DNA of 64,000 bases from Takakia lepidozioides (Eukaryota > Plantae > Bryophyta). Position numbers and translations under genes: made by a program. The stretch lies in contig CM060733.1 of the NCBI GenBank assembly GCA_030704615.1, positions 59,768,001-59,832,000 on the forward strand, written 5' to 3'. Below the pieces are notes generated by a model. It saw nothing but the letters and a program-made list of their open reading frames with translations. It did no database searches and was not told the DNA's origin. Shown here piece after piece: positions 24,311 through 38,992 of the stretch; within the stretch, counting starts at the first letter, position 1; every line of letters begins with the position of its first letter.

Positions 24311-26534
24311 GAGAGTGTCTTTGCATCATATCTCAAAACTATGCAGCTGCTTGGTTCATTCACCATTCCTGAGACTGTTTGCCATGTTGAGTGCATTTCC
24401 TCTGAGGCGTATCGACTTTTCCAAGAGTTGATTGTGGGTTGTACCCACCAGTCCAGGTTGAAACTCGTTGCAAAATTGAGGTATGCTCCTGCATAACCAA
24501 CAGGATTCACTGTTAATGTACAGGGTGGTCCAGATCATTTAAGAAGCTTTGGGCAGTATTTAGGAGGTTGTGTTGTTGAGGATGTGTTATGAACAGCTGC
24601 CTTGGCAGATACCTGATGTTTGATAAGGATAGCCGCCCTGCCAACAGAGGTATTCTAAACCACCTACCTTGGATTTGTTTTCAGATACAAGAGGAATGCT
24701 CTATAGTGTGGGTTTCATGATCTGATTGTCTATCAGCATCTTTGTACAAATTTTCAGATTGAGGGGTGCACAGTAGCATTTGAGCTAGAGCCCTTTGCCC
24801 CAACGAAGCTCTTCACTGAATTGACTCGAGAAAATGAGCTATATACGAATGGGGATCTGATACCTGGACTTTCTGACTTCATCAAGTAAGCTTTCTTGTT
24901 CTTTTGAAATGTGTATCACTGATGAAGTGGGCCATTGCTGTACATAGGAATCGTCTTTGGTGAACCCGAGAGCTGGATATGTTTTCAAGCCTGCTTCTTT
25001 GTTCATTTAATCTGAGTGTGGTCTCAGTGTGGTACTCCTTGTGAAGGCCTTTGATCTTAATAATGGGGGTTGTAATCCAAGGTAGGAAATTTTGGAAGGG
25101 GAAGGGTACCTTCTCAATCTATGACAAATCATCCTCAGAGCGAGTGGGGTGTTGGACATGTCTGTGCTGTTGACCTATGGTGACAATAATTGAGTAACTC
25201 TCTGATTAAGTCGCGCAGCTAATCTTGAATGTTGCAGTTGCTGCTTTTGCTCCCTCAACTTATGCCAAAAGCAGAGGTATCTCCTTTACTAACACTCTGC
25301 AGAGAACCTTCACAACGCTACTAATAGTGGAGCGACCTCCCTTGATAATGCCAAGTGTTTGGGAGTTTTAAGGAGGGAAGGCCCAGCTCCAAAGGCCTTG
25401 TGCAACTGGGGACAACCAATTACTGTGGCAGGCATGCAGGGCCAGGCCTTCCCTGAGGCCCCAGGTTCCAAATTTTGGAGAAGGCAGCAGATGCCCTTTC
25501 CAGCAGTTCGGGCTAGCCATGGAGATGTAGATTGTTTTTCGCTGTAGATTGTTTACATGTGGACCGCCACAACAGCACAAGAGAGAAATCATCGTACAAA
25601 GAATCTTGAAACAGACATCACTGGAGAGTCAATAGTCTATGTACCAGCATGGAGCGACCGTAAATTGAAAAACTTCAGCTTGACACCCTCATACCTTTCG
25701 ATACAGCAGCTGATCTAGTCCATCTTATAGAACGGCCGAGGCGAATGTATACAGTGAAACGCAGCTAGAGAAATTGACTAACATCTTTGACAGCATGTCA
25801 GCAGTGGGAGAGCAGTAATTGTACCCGCAATGATAATGCATGTACGAGCAGTGGTCAGGATTGACAGTCCTTGGAGATCAGTCCATAGACACATACAACA
25901 GGCGAGCAAGTACCCTCTATTTCATTCTATGTCCACAGAACTGGTTTCTTCTGGACATTCCCTTCAAGATCTTCCAGAATAGTGTCAGAAATAATGAACA
26001 TCACGAGGCTCCTCTGGTAATTCAAAGTTAGCGTCCTTGCCTGCTTCATTAGATTGGTTTCAAAAACTTTCTAGACATGTATAAAGGAACCCTGCACCTT
26101 CGAACTGGTCTTCATGAAAGCATATGAAATTGCAGCAGGGCTTACTTCATCCACTTGTTGCAGTCCTCACGGTGCCCACCATCTTCACCAGCAACGCTCG
26201 AGACCACTCTTGTCAACTCACAAAGTTCTTTAACAAGCTTTGTGTCACATTAGCAGTGAAATCTCTTCAAAGCTAACTATTGAGAAAGTTATTCGATCAA
26301 TTCAAGTAGAAGAGCCCTCCAAATTGTTGACCACGTACACCACCAGTTTGACATATTGTCCACCAGAACAAAGATTTCCACATTTCCTATCCTTTTCTTA
26401 CTAATCTATTACAAAGTGTATGTTGGTAGATATAACTACCAAGAAAGAATGATCCCCTTGGTGTAAAGAATGGGGTGGTTAAACCCACACAATGGCTCTC
26501 TCACTGATAAATGGCTAAGACTAACTGCAGTATA

Positions 26535-29500
26535 TTACAAAGGGAAAAATGTAGGAACTAACACATGTATACCCAACGGTCTTGCTGTCTCCGAATCATC
26601 GAAGTGAGGATCATGAGGGAACAAGCATCGCTGGTGAGCACAGGGTTTGGCCAACCATTGGCAATAAAGCCAAGCAGCCCCTACCACGGACGCCATGGAC
26701 AAGGCCGCAAGACCCCCAAAATATGATACATCATTTGCCACAATGGCCACCCCCAACATCATTAATTCTGCTAAGCTAGCCAATGACACCTCTGTCGTTC
26801 CAACAAGATTTGCTTGCGAAGCTGGTATTGCAGTTTGAAATATCTGGGCATCCACCATATCATACGCCCAATAGCCTAACCTTGACATTACCTGCATTTC
26901 CATCACCCACATTCCAGAAGTTTAAATGCAGGATTCAATGTTACAGCTTAGTCAACTGTGGTCTGTAGCTCACTACCTCTTCTCTTGCGACAAAAATAAA
27001 ACAAGTTACATAGGTGCATGAATAAGCATGTATTGGGTCTGTCATTATTGAATGTGCACCAAACAATGAAGGGAACTTTCAGACACCCTTGGACAGGAAA
27101 ATACATGTATTGCAGAAGTTCAAACACTCACGATTAAAAAGAGGAACACCACAAGTGACCCATGCTGACCCAAGGGATTGCTCAAATAAACCAACACCGC
27201 CATAGCAAGCACTGATGCTTGGAATATCAGCGCATATGCTCCAGCCTGTCGGCAGAAAGGGGTCAGTCATATACCTCCAAACAGATCCACTGACTTGAAA
27301 GACTGTTCAAAGCAACTCGGAACTGTTTCGCATAATCTTACAGCCTTACAGAAACACACAACACCAGACTACAGAAAAGTACTCGTGAAAGCCACAGGAC
27401 ATGGCTTTGCTTTCACTCTATATCCCACATCATCATTGCTCTACATTTGAAATTGCTTTTCCCTGGCAGAATGTAGTCAACCTGATCCTTTACGAATAGC
27501 AGAACAGGTGACAAAACCACAGTTATCACTCTATTGGCAATTACGAGTAAATCACCGTGCTGGAAAGAGGGTTCCAAGGAACTCCATATATTCACCTTCA
27601 AGACCCCAAGCTTGCTGATGAGATTCGCTGACAGAAAAGTTGCTGAGAATCCCATAAGGGCACACATTCCTCTGAACAGCCCAATCAATGAAGGATTTAT
27701 CTCTGCAAAAGTAAGAGCCAATGTGAGTAAAACTTGCACAGCACTGCACAAAATATCCAGCTGACACACAAACTACAGAAGCCTCAAAAGAGCACCATCC
27801 TCTTTCCCACTTCCAGTTACAAGAAACAGAGCTCAAAGACAGAAGTGAATTAGGTGGGAAATAGACATCAACTAAATGCGCTTACTTGGCAATACACAAA
27901 CCATCTGGAGGGAAAAGCATACCCTGTTGTGTGAGGAAGCTCGTCATCAGTCCCCCGGGGGCTAAAACTGCATTGAAGTACAAGAGCACATATGCCAAAC
28001 TGGCCGGCAATACAGGCTGCGCCAGATATTGCTTCCAGCCACGTATGACCGTGTGCAACCCTCCTTCCATTGACGCATCTTGAGGTTGTGACTCATAGCT
28101 ACTATGGTTGGCCTTGCCATCCCTGGTGCTCATATGTTTTGGTCGTTGTAGGGCACCTTTCGACAAACTGTTGGTAGTCTGAACCAGACATAACTGCACA
28201 CACAACATGATGCTCAGAAGAATCATATCACGCCCGCCTCTTCACAATAGGCATAATGAATGGGTAAAACTGCAGCTAGAGGGCTGTAAATCCCTAGAGT
28301 CAAAGAGGAAGTACCAAAATAGGGAGGGTAACAATCATGGCTCCAGCTGCCATTTTGACACACAACTTTGAATCATACTTTGACAGCATCAAGCCGAAGA
28401 TAAAGGGGCCAGCTATCTGCACACCACATACCAAGTATGAGCCTGTGTCTGAAGCTGCACATCCCCTCGAATGTAGAAAACAGACAGCCAACATACATAT
28501 CTGTGAGAAAAGAAACAGAAACACAAATAACTCACCTCGCACACAAGTTCAACTCTTCGTAAAATGGCATTTGCATTTGCCAAGGCAATGGGGCGATTGG
28601 CCTGCTAGCTGCAGTTGCACAATCCACTCATGTTAGAGCAGAGTAAAACAATGTACATAGCAATTGTGACCAGGGTTTCCACAGACAAATAAAATGAAGG
28701 TGAACAGGATTGAGAAGCTTCACCAGAACGACCCAGTCTCTCTCAAAGGCAACGCCGGCTGCAAGTCCAGCGAGCCGATCCACTGCTGCTGCAACAACTA
28801 AGACCAGAAACCAGGGCTGAACCAGTAGCATTGTTGCTGTGGTGGTGGTTGAAACAGCTCCACTTAACGCATGTACCGTCACCCCTGCCGACGTTAGCAT
28901 GGCAACTATCTGACCACAAATAAACAAGAAGCACAGAGAACCAAATCAGAAGTGTACTCTTGGAACTTTTAACAAAGTAAAGGTCTTTCAATGAGCACCA
29001 AAACAACAGTACTTTGAATAGGCACACAGCCATTCATCAATAGTGAGCACACAGGCGAATAGGTTCAAACCTGCACGATACTCAGTGTCTTGAAGGCTAC
29101 AACTCTAGGCATAGAATCCATCAGTGCTCCCACCCATGGGCCTCCTGCAAATATCACAAGCTGCCAACATGTGCCAGATGCATTGGGCTCCTCATTATGA
29201 TATTCAACAGATAATTTGTATACAAATTCCGGACTGAATTAAGGCCACACCAAACCACACGATAGGAGAGCTAACCAATGTTTTAACAACATCTGTGCAT
29301 TATATAATAATCATCACACAACTAGCAGAATTCCAATCAAGATGCTATGTTCACTAGGAGTGACAGGAAAACTACCTGACTCACGAAGCAGACTACGGCC
29401 ACAGGGAGAAGGCTAAAGGGAGAAGGGCAATGGACAGAAGGCCAGACAAAACGCCATTGTGTGCTCCATAAAGCAGAGGGCAAAGTAGCTACCATAGAAG

Positions 29501-31569
29501 GCATGAACTATGCAAGCACAACCAGCAAACACCAAGAGCCACATGTATGAGAGGAAACACAGGATGACAGGAAATTACCTGGGCAACAAAGCTGGTCACC
29601 GCCACAGGCAGTAGACTATTGTGCAGCTGGGCAAGCACCAGTGGCAAACCAAAGCGCCACACCCGCTCCATGATGCACGATGCCACAAAAGTGGGATACA
29701 TTGCTGGTGGCAGCATTCCAACCGGACACCCCCATAAGCCCCATAATCCCTCCACAGTCGCATACTACATCAGTGCCCTAGTATGCTACCATCAACAGTA
29801 TGTTAGTGAAGGATGAGTTCTAAAGTCAAGCATACCATAAAGACCTTCAGGATGAGCAGGGGTCGCAGCCAGCTTCTCTTGCTCCTGCAATGATTGCACC
29901 TGCACCAACCACAGATTGTGGTCGATATTGGCAATAAAGGTTGGTCTTTAGGCCTAGTTGTACTAAATTTGGAAGTGTGCAGGACACCGAAGGACATGAA
30001 AGTAATCAGGACAAGTTCAAATGCATCAAGAGGTGTCATATGGAACCCAATTTGAATGGCAGAGCAGGCCTGAGACACTGGAGCACTGTTTCCTCATGTT
30101 TTTCTGCCAGTGAACAAAAACTGAGACTAAACCAAGTGAGCCAGGTATTTCAAAGAGTTGTGATTACTACCGCAATCAGACACCATTTGTACTTCCCTTC
30201 TACTGTCGAATTGTGATGGTCTGTTGCCCTGGAGCACTACTTATTTGTGCAGTGAAGTGATCAGAACGTAAATAAAACACAAGCCCAAGTCACTCAAGAA
30301 AGCACTTTTGGATGAAATCAGGCACTGTGCCTTTATGTTCATCATAACAAAACAAGTTTGCCCCTGATTATCTGCCATACTGTTAGAGCATCTCTTATTT
30401 AATAAACTTTGTACACACTCAGAATAGCTGTTGTACACTACCTGCAGAGTAGGCAATAAAGCCTCCCGAACTGAGTCGTCGGTTTGTCCCTCAGGTTTTA
30501 CAGTCCCATTGTTCACCTCAGAATCAGCTGTCAACACTGTGGTAGAGCCAACAACATGCTGGCTTTGGTGGATAGAGTCTTCACCCGCACTCTCAATGAC
30601 TTCAACACCAGGGTCTTGCCAAAAGCTTGTGCAAACAATCCTTCGCCTTCTGAGGTGACAATCACCAAATTTCGTAAATAAGCAATCCGAAAAGTGGCAG
30701 AACAGTGGCAGCAAGTTTCAAGATTAAATTATCAAGACAATCAGATGCAAAATGGGTGAGTTGACGGATGATACTGACGGAAATTGACATTGTCAAATTG
30801 AAACTGGCCAAGTCTTGCCCAAAGACTCGCCTCAGCATGCTGCTTGAAACTGCACAAAAGCTGCCGTAGTGACTTCTAGCATGTGTACTTCTCAACAACA
30901 ACTGGACGTGGTTGAAACACTTATGTCTGACCATTTGCAGCTCCTAAACCTAAATTTCTGGATGAAAAAACCGTTGTGAAGAAAATATGGGAAACTGGAA
31001 TAAAAACAGCACTAGTTTCATGCTCAAGACCTGCATCCAATCTCTGGCAGACTTTGAGACTACAGACCTGTACTTCCATAATTCCCCTAGCTCTGATGTA
31101 TTCAGCATTAAATTTGCATTGCACTGAAGACAAACTTGTGCATGACTGATAAAATACAGAAGCTCTCCAGACAGCTCCTGAAGCGTCAAAATGGAAACCA
31201 GCTACCAGCAGATCACCTCGTAGCTCATAACAGCAAGTGGCGCAACTTACAATACCACAACCTTAGAGCAGTCCAGTCACCAGGAGTGCAGACCTCTGCT
31301 CACAACTCGACTTGTTATCATACACAAGACCTACATTACTCCTTGATGCAAGTACCAATCTCATCGGCGCAGGCATTGTTGCCATACCTGTTATTCCACT
31401 TTAAATTGCTTTGCCGCCATTCATTCTCTATGATTTGTAACCGGGTGTGTCCTTGCCAACGTAATCTGGCCAACACCACGGGGCGGGAATGGAGGCGAGG
31501 CAACAGCAACTTCAGGCACGCCCCGCTTGCGGGCACCAAGGCATGCCCTCCCATCCCTACTGTTCTCAT
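26535..31569 (-). CDS. IREG3: Solute carrier family 40 (ferroportin), plastid-type IREG3/MAR1-like
   Basis: Exons encode a transit-peptide-like N-terminus, LAATPAHPEGLY, MERVWRFGLPLVLA, GGPWVGALMDSMPR, FERDWVV, QPVLPASLAYVLLYFNAVLAPGGLMTSFLTQQG, NPSLIGLFRG and SRLGYWAYD...GTTEVSLASLAE. Confidence 0.92.
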
Positions 31570-33559
31570 CGTTCGCTGACCCCTTCAAGTGGCCAACACT
31601 TGTCTACATAAAGCTGTGCGATCATTCAAGAAAAAATCGGATTTCTCCCTGTCGACTCAAAACTTGTCCGTGACTGCAGTCCTCGCTGCAATTCAGCGCT
31701 CGCTACCTGCATTTGCAAGTGCCTCAGCTCTCTCCACATATTGCTTCTCCCTCTCCCATTTCACCCGGAAATTTCTACGCCTCCACGTCCACGAAGCGGT
31801 CCGTCCACCATTTCGCGGTGCCGACTCCCCGAAGATAATGCGCCAAGTCCTCACGGCTGCGAAGTCTCAAACCGCCAGAACACTTGCCTATCCTCACAGG
31901 AACGAAGCATATCCCTCCAGCCAGACCAGGATTTTCTGACAAGTGGTATCTACTCCTCACTCTCAGTTGCCGCTCCTTCCTCGAATTGTAGGACGCCTGA
32001 TCTGAAACTCCTCATGTACATACTCCGCAAATGCAGGATTACGCAGTTGTGATGCGATAAAGAGCTTATCTACACAAATCTCTCGGGGTAATTCCGTGTG
32101 CGCTTGGTACTTAATGCTGGCGCGTGGAGGTATGTTGTCCGCTTGACCTTCATGCAGACATGGCCCAATGGCCGCCGCCTGGCACCTCTCAAACCTCAGA
32201 GCGCATAGCACAAAAGCATATCAGTATACTGGAATCCATTGGCCAAGCGAAACCTGAACACACATTTCGGCCGTCGGTGGGGCCTACGACGCTCAAGTAT
32301 TTGCGAAAGCTAAGTCCTACACAGAATAACGTACCGCGCAAAGCATATGTTGAGGATTGTTTTGCTTTCGTGGTCACGGTCGCATGTTTCAGTAGTACTT
32401 TGTAGTACGCATGTTTCCTCCACCAATTGCAGAGTACATACGTACATACGAGAGCTTCAAGAGTCCGTCAAATCTCAGCTCGCAGTGTCTCCTTCGTTAC
32501 TCGGATCACTGGAGTGCCCGCATTGTGTCTGCATGCGCAGGTCATTTCTGACTCATTAGTGGGCTGGAAAGGACCGTTTCAGAGTGTCGAATGGTGTTGT
32601 GGTGCATGCTGAGGATGTAGTTGATAATTTGGTGGTGGCATTGGGGTTTACTTAGAGAAACAAAGGGCATTCAGGGTTTTTGGGTGCTAGTGATCGACAG
32701 AGACACAGCTGGCTCATTTTTATTACTCTTGCAGCTGCTTGAACTGTCATCCTCAGAAAGCAGTGTAGAGGAATTCATACCAGAAACTTTAGTTGGAAGG
32801 ATACTCAAAGGGCATCATGGTCTCAAACCAGTGAGCAAATGCAAACTATTATCATAGAAAGGATGGGTTTAAGAGCATCCATAACAAGCCAGACTCACAT
32901 GACTACTCTCCTGTAGAAATGCAGAAGGGAATGGCATGCACATCACCCAGAATAAGGCTCACACTAAGTACATTGTTGAGGGGACCTACAAGGTGACAGA
33001 CACAAGACCATGCAAGGTCGCCATAACTTGTATTCACATATTAACATTTGAATGTGTTAAGGGGTATGGTTAGACCAGCTCTTTAAGTGCCCACTTTCCA
33101 GTGTGACCAGAGCACTTAGGCTGACTTTCTTCCGGGGGTGCCCTGATCCTAAGGATTTCGACCTAGAGTTAGCCCATGAAGTTGAGCAGTCGAGAAACTA
33201 CAGTGGACGAGCATCCAGCAGCCTTAACTTATCATGTAGCTTTGTACTAACAGATACTGTACCTACTGGTACAATACTTGACCTGGAAAAGAATGTCCCC
33301 CATACAGAGCTTCAAGAACCTCGTCAAACCCTAGGAAGGCCCCCTTCAACAAACCAAAAGACAGGTTTCCCTTTGAGAGTTAACACAACAGTAACGTTAC
33401 GTTAACACTGCCTGCCACACCTCTATAATTTACAAAGGAGCTTGAATTTTCAGCTCATGGAAGCACCACCTGATTTCTAATTCCTGTCCAGATGTGTCTT
33501 TTTCAGCTGCTGGTCGACAAATTGCAGTACAACCTAGTGGGCTTGGGACGCAAGGCTCT

Positions 33560-36326
33560 TCAGCCCATAAGAATGTGTCGCACGCGTTCTTTCAATCAAG
33601 CTGCGGACCCTGCTACTTGTCAGAGCCAGTTCTGGTCTGTCAATAAGCAGAAATCGATATACCTCCCAATGTTGCTCTGCCACAACATGCCTTCCAATAT
33701 CTGCCTGCAGTTTTGAAACATCCCCTCATTAATATGGAGGCACAGGCCACTTACCTGCCACATGAGGAAATCAGACTAAATAACACGACCCATCAGTATC
33801 TTTAAAAAGTAAGTTCATAGATGCAAAACACTTACTGGACATGATAAGCACCATAAAGATTACAAAAATTGTTGTTGTTTCACACCAAATGCACACTTCA
33901 GTGAGTTCCAGAAAACACTGTTTGTCTCTGCATTAATGTAGAAACTTGATTGAAGGCAAGTCTTAACACCTTCAAGTGGTGAATCCCACACTTCAGTTAA
34001 TTCTGCAAGCAAATGCCCCATTAGGAATAACTGTGGAGATACATCCCTCAAAAGAAGATGATAGAATGCTACATAGAGAAAGAGGAAGCAAGACTGACCG
34101 TGAATATACATATATCCATGTACTTCAGAGCAAGAGTTACATCATACAACACTCGTGGCCGGCCCCTTCCACTCTGCTCAATGGGAGTAGCAACCAGTAG
34201 TTCAGTATCCGGGCCCCTGTTCCCGATCTTAATCCGTAAAGGATTCTCGATTTCATTTTGCATGCAGCGACACAACCCCTTTTGCTCGTTCACATCTGTA
34301 ATCTTCCGGCCATCTCCTCGCAGCACGAACACACTTATTTCAGTGCTGCCATCCTCAAGTTTTGCAATCCGCCCATGTGCTACCTGTCAACATTACACAA
34401 GAGGTCACAACTTCCTGCCATCAAAGAAACTGCCCACACCCTCCCGGCCCACGGCTAGGCGGATGTCCATTAAACTGTTGACAGAAAATGAAAACAAATT
34501 GAAAAACAACCTCTGAAAAGGAAACTAAAAAAGACATTTAAGGTGCAGATTGACATGCAAGCACAGAGAAAGCCGCTTTAGTACTTGCACTAAGCAGCAC
34601 AATCACAAATCGTGGCTTCCACTGCAGTCAGTGTTCTAGGTGAACACAAAGAAAAATGAGACAGCCTCTTTCTGCAGACAGTGACATGACATTCCTACCT
34701 TGAAGCTAGTCATGCCATCAGGTTCAAGTAAAAAATTATAAAGCGGAAATGGATGGCAAAAGTCAGCAGCCAAACCTTCAATTTCACGTCCTTGATTGTG
34801 CGAAGACAGTCATACAAAAGACCCTTGCGGTTTTTGCATGTGATTTGAAGGAGGGTATGGGCGGGGCTGGTGATGTTGTCGAGAGTCACACTTGAAAGGA
34901 CTGTGCCTAGACTACAGTCCTTCTCTGCCTCCGCTTTTGTAGGGGCATCCCCAAACAAGTCATTGGCCAGCAAACGGGACAGGGGTGCACAATTTAGGCT
35001 CCCACATTCAGGACCTGCCAAACCCAGCTCACAGAGAGAAATTGATTCACCCAGCACTTCTCTGACCTGCTCACAAACTTCTGCTGCCCTTTTCTTCCAG
35101 GGGAGCTCGTTCCTGCCATGGACACAATAGACCTTTTAAATCATATGCAACAAGAATGATATGTAGATGATAATGAGCAGATCAAGGCTAAAATCTCGTG
35201 GATTGAAGGTGTAATTTTGTGATGTTCGTGGGTTGGTGAGATAGCTGTGAACATTGGTCTATTTGCTTTCCAGAACTTGTATCTGCTTGAGAGAATCCTT
35301 ACCTGTTGTCTGTAACAAGAAAAAAGTTAATGGCTTTGCCATCAGGGCTAGTTGACACTTTCACTTTGTGTATGGTCAATTCCATTTCCCACAGCTTCTC
35401 TGCAACATCTGCCAGAATGCCACAATCCACATTCCCAAGTTCAATAACACCGACCTTACACATGAGGCTTTCGCGCAAGGAACAACTATTGAAAATTGAC
35501 GCATGAGGCTTAAAGGCAACTGAACTAGACCCTGTCTAACCATAAGCCGAACAAAGGTCATGGCCATAATCTTTTTTTGGAGTGGATAGAAAAATTACTG
35601 CACCTCTGTGTAGTTGTGCATAAGAAACAATACCAAGGAAAGGAGCAAGCTCACCATTAAGAAGACCTGTTCGATCTGTTGAGCAGACCTGGAGGAGCAA
35701 TACAGTCTTGGACTTTGGTTCAGCAGGCACTACTGGAGGAACCAGTTGCATGACAGCAGACGGGCAAACCTCTTCGAGCCGCTGCTTCAAGAGTGGCCAT
35801 CGAACTGTTGACGAGCTTGCTCTGGGCACCACCCACAACACAACATAGCACCACCGCCCATCTGTCGACAAATCTGCAATTTAGCCAACCCAAAACCCGC
35901 TACTCCTTACTTTCCATCCATAGCAATCACTGCCACTTCCCAGCTCTGAACCACGTGCCTTAACTGGAGCTCTGTATAACAAACAAGCACATGGATCATA
36001 AAGCACCAACCCACCCGGTGACGGTTTCTTGGAAACGTTCCTAGTACCGACTGAAAAATGGCTAAATACATGTACATACTATCACATGCTCCCAGAACCA
36101 AAACAGATTCATACAACAAAAACTTGCACTAACCTGCTCCATGAATGAATGGTAACAAAAGGGCCAAGAAATCACCTCCACGAACAACACTGAGGCCAAA
36201 TTCGAAAACAACTCGGGCAAGTCGCACCCCAACCCGACCTTGTCCGGACAATTTACTGCAATCTCGCTGGGATCCCCTTGATGATGTCCCCTTCGTACAA
36301 CCACTAACTCATCGCCAAAGCCCCAT
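33560..36326 (-). CDS. ACT-domain repeat protein ACR9/ACR10-like, 6 exons, three apparent frameshifts (possible pseudogene or assembly error)
   Basis: VNCPDKVGLGCDL, STDGRWCYVVLWV, CSTDRTGLLN, ELTIHKVKVSTSPDG, DNITSPAHTLLQITCKNRKGLLYD, NRGPDTELLVATPIEQSGRGRPRVLYDVTLALK and WEVYRFLL. Indels at about 36318, 36217 and 33591. Confidence 0.88.
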
Positions 36327-37721
36327 ATCTGGCTTACTCCTGCTTACTTTACAGGTGAGCTGATTTCACAAATTATCCTCCTCCTTTCCAATTTACACTA
36401 TACAGTCCTGTCAATTTTCAACCACCACCAGAGGTTGATTTAGAGATTCTGTGCATCTAAAATTAATTGCTGCACATCTCCCAGATTGTAACGTTTTAGC
36501 TCTGGAGATCCCCTACCAAAACCCAATGCACGCCCGGCCCAGGCTAAAAAACGAACACACAAAATCCAACTCACCTGCTACTCTACCAAAATTGCGCTCC
36601 AGCATCCTCAAACTTCACCGCAATGTAGAACAAGCAGAACACGCTCCGGGAACGGCACCGGCACAAGGAGGCTATGGAGCCGGACTCCTTGTCTCCCTCC
36701 ACTGCTCCCCGCTGCTCCCATCTCCACACTCCGTCATCTCTCTCGTCCGCCATGCTCCTCACACTCTCACCACACACACAACCGAGATAGACATCGTCTC
36801 TCTCCACACTCCCCGCCCGCCCTGCGAGCCAGTATCGCCACTCTGACCTAATTTAGCCACGCTCGGCGAAAGGTGGCGAAACTCGACGACAGCCGTTGCT
36901 GCTGTCTGGCGAAACGCGGCCGACATCCTGCTGGGCGCCACAGCCGGTCGCCAAATTCGGCGACCACGGATATTTGAAAAACATTGCCTGCCACAGGCTA
37001 ACCGCCCGCTTTGCGCCACGCGTCGATAAGCCCCAATCAGCACGGCTCCTGCCACCCACTGAGTGCGAACGACATCCATTCACTCATCTTCATCCCTCGT
37101 CTGCAATGAATCCTTCTCTACATCCATGGTCATGGTCTTCATCCATAGTTGGCAGTTTCGTCCATGCATCCTCGTCGGTTCATGTGGAAACTGGTGGCAT
37201 GTAGTTGGATCCCGCACGCAACAAAGTGCGTGCCATCCGCCACCTTGGTCACACCGTGAACATGACCTCGCAATCGATCGCTGGCCAAGATTTTCTCGCT
37301 TATTTCATGTTTTTGGTGAGCGAGGGAAGACTCCGGCCGTAGCCGCCGTAACTGTAATAGCCACGTTGCCTAAGTTCAGCTACCGACCTTTGGTGTGGAC
37401 CCTATGATTGCTGTAAGATGCATATTTCTAAAAGAGAGCGAATACGGATACGGTTGATGTGAATGCCATCCCGAATTCCAGTTGAGATTACCGTAAAATG
37501 ACCAACTTGTCATCCATGTTGCCAAAGGCCCAAGATGAAAGGGGCATATTTTTCTCGTTTGGATGGCATAGGATAGCAGGCTGTTTTGGTAACAGTCATG
37601 TGTAAAACGAATGATCCGTGGATTCTGTATATCCCAAAGGGCTTGCGTTCCGATGGGAGTTGGCATCACGTGAGCCTAGTCATGTGACCACAAATCCACA
37701 CTAATAGGTTGTACTCCACAA

Positions 37722-37940
37722 CAGTGATATTTTTTCACTTTTCCAAAATCGCTACAAGGGCCACATGTCAATTCTACCCAGCGCTCATGTGGCCAGAATA
37801 ACGAGGTGGCAGGTGGATAGATAACAGGTGGTATGTTTTGACAGGTCCACGTAGGCGAACTCAGGTTCCAGATATTCAACTAGTTCACTTTCATTTTCCA
37901 AGTCGATATCTGGCGATTAGTAACTAGGAAAAAAACACTG
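37722..37940. mobile_element. hAT-family MITE, same family as 6298-6592, opposite orientation
   Basis: CAGTGATATTTTTT...AAAAAAACACTG with 8-bp TSD CTCCACAA (37714-37721, 37941-37948). The interior aligns to the reverse complement of 6420-6575. Confidence 0.85.
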
Positions 37941-38199
37941 CTCCACAACCTGCTCCACCGCCGGGTATTCAGACTGTTCTTATTCATTTTTATGGTTTTA
38001 TAATTTCAACGATAAAATATGTACACATATTGGTATAGTCCAATTGTACTAGGGTCTCTCACTGTTTTTAATATATATGTGTAGACAAAACAGGTTTTCA
38101 CACAAAAATCACCAAACTTTTTAAACCAATAGATCTCTAAATAGGTTTTGCCGTGAAACAATCTCTAGTTTGCCATATGTATATGTATATGTATATATA

Positions 38200-38645
38200 T
38201 ATAACCCACAAAAATTTAGCCGGAAGAATTCCGGGGTACTGCCAACTTTACGATTCCACCATAGGTTTCACCGGAGAAATAATCTATAGGAGACTAAAGT
38301 ATCCAAAAAAAATCCCTTCGATCTTAGCTCTGCTTTTCTCATATCTGCTGCTTGATGGGGTGGTATCCCCTTAATACGCTTTAAGGCTGTACCTCCACGG
38401 GTTATTTTTTCCCGTTCTTTCTAATATATTTCCAGGGCCTCCATCCCCTGTTCTTGGAAAAAAAAAAAATCAATACAGAATCTACAAAATTTAGCCAGAA
38501 AAACTCTCTGGGCCAGTAAACTTTACGATTCCCCTACATAGGTTTCACAGCAAAATAATCTATAGTATCAACTAGAATATCCAAAACTCAATATTCAAAA
38601 ACTTTTACCAGAGAAACTCTTGGGTATTGCTAAACTTATGAATAG
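38200..38645. repeat. Diverged direct repeats (AAAATTTAGCCRGAA...ACTTTACGATTCC...ATAGGTTTCAC...AATAATCTATAG)
   Basis: Units at about 38210-38310 and 38487-38585, with a partial unit at 38600-38645. Confidence 0.65.
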
Positions 38646-38901
38646 GTGAGTTGAATATAGGTATAAACTCTAAACATCTCAAAATTCAGGCCGGGCAGCT
38701 CCCCAAAAGTTGGAGTACTGGAGCATTGTGCTACCGTAAAAACCTAGCAAGTGTAGTTTTGGTGCGCTTTTAATAGCATAAAATCAGGCTTGTCCTGTTA
38801 CGCCGTGAGCCCATGGGCTCGGACCGTAATCTCACATTACGGGCAGATAGGCAAGTAATTTTTCTTTCACACGTCATAAATGCAATTTTTTACATGAGTT
38901 A

Positions 38902-38992
38902 AAGTCCCGTAACTCGGGCTTTACGGGATTCAAGATTCCCACGCCCTCGGGGCTGTGGAACCTTGAATCCCGTAAGCCTCGTTGCAGGACTT
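38902..38992. repeat. Long imperfect inverted repeat (about 91-bp hairpin)
   Basis: Core TTACGGGATTCAAG pairs with CTTGAATCCCGTAA, and the stem extends out to AAGTCC/GGACTT. Confidence 0.85.
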
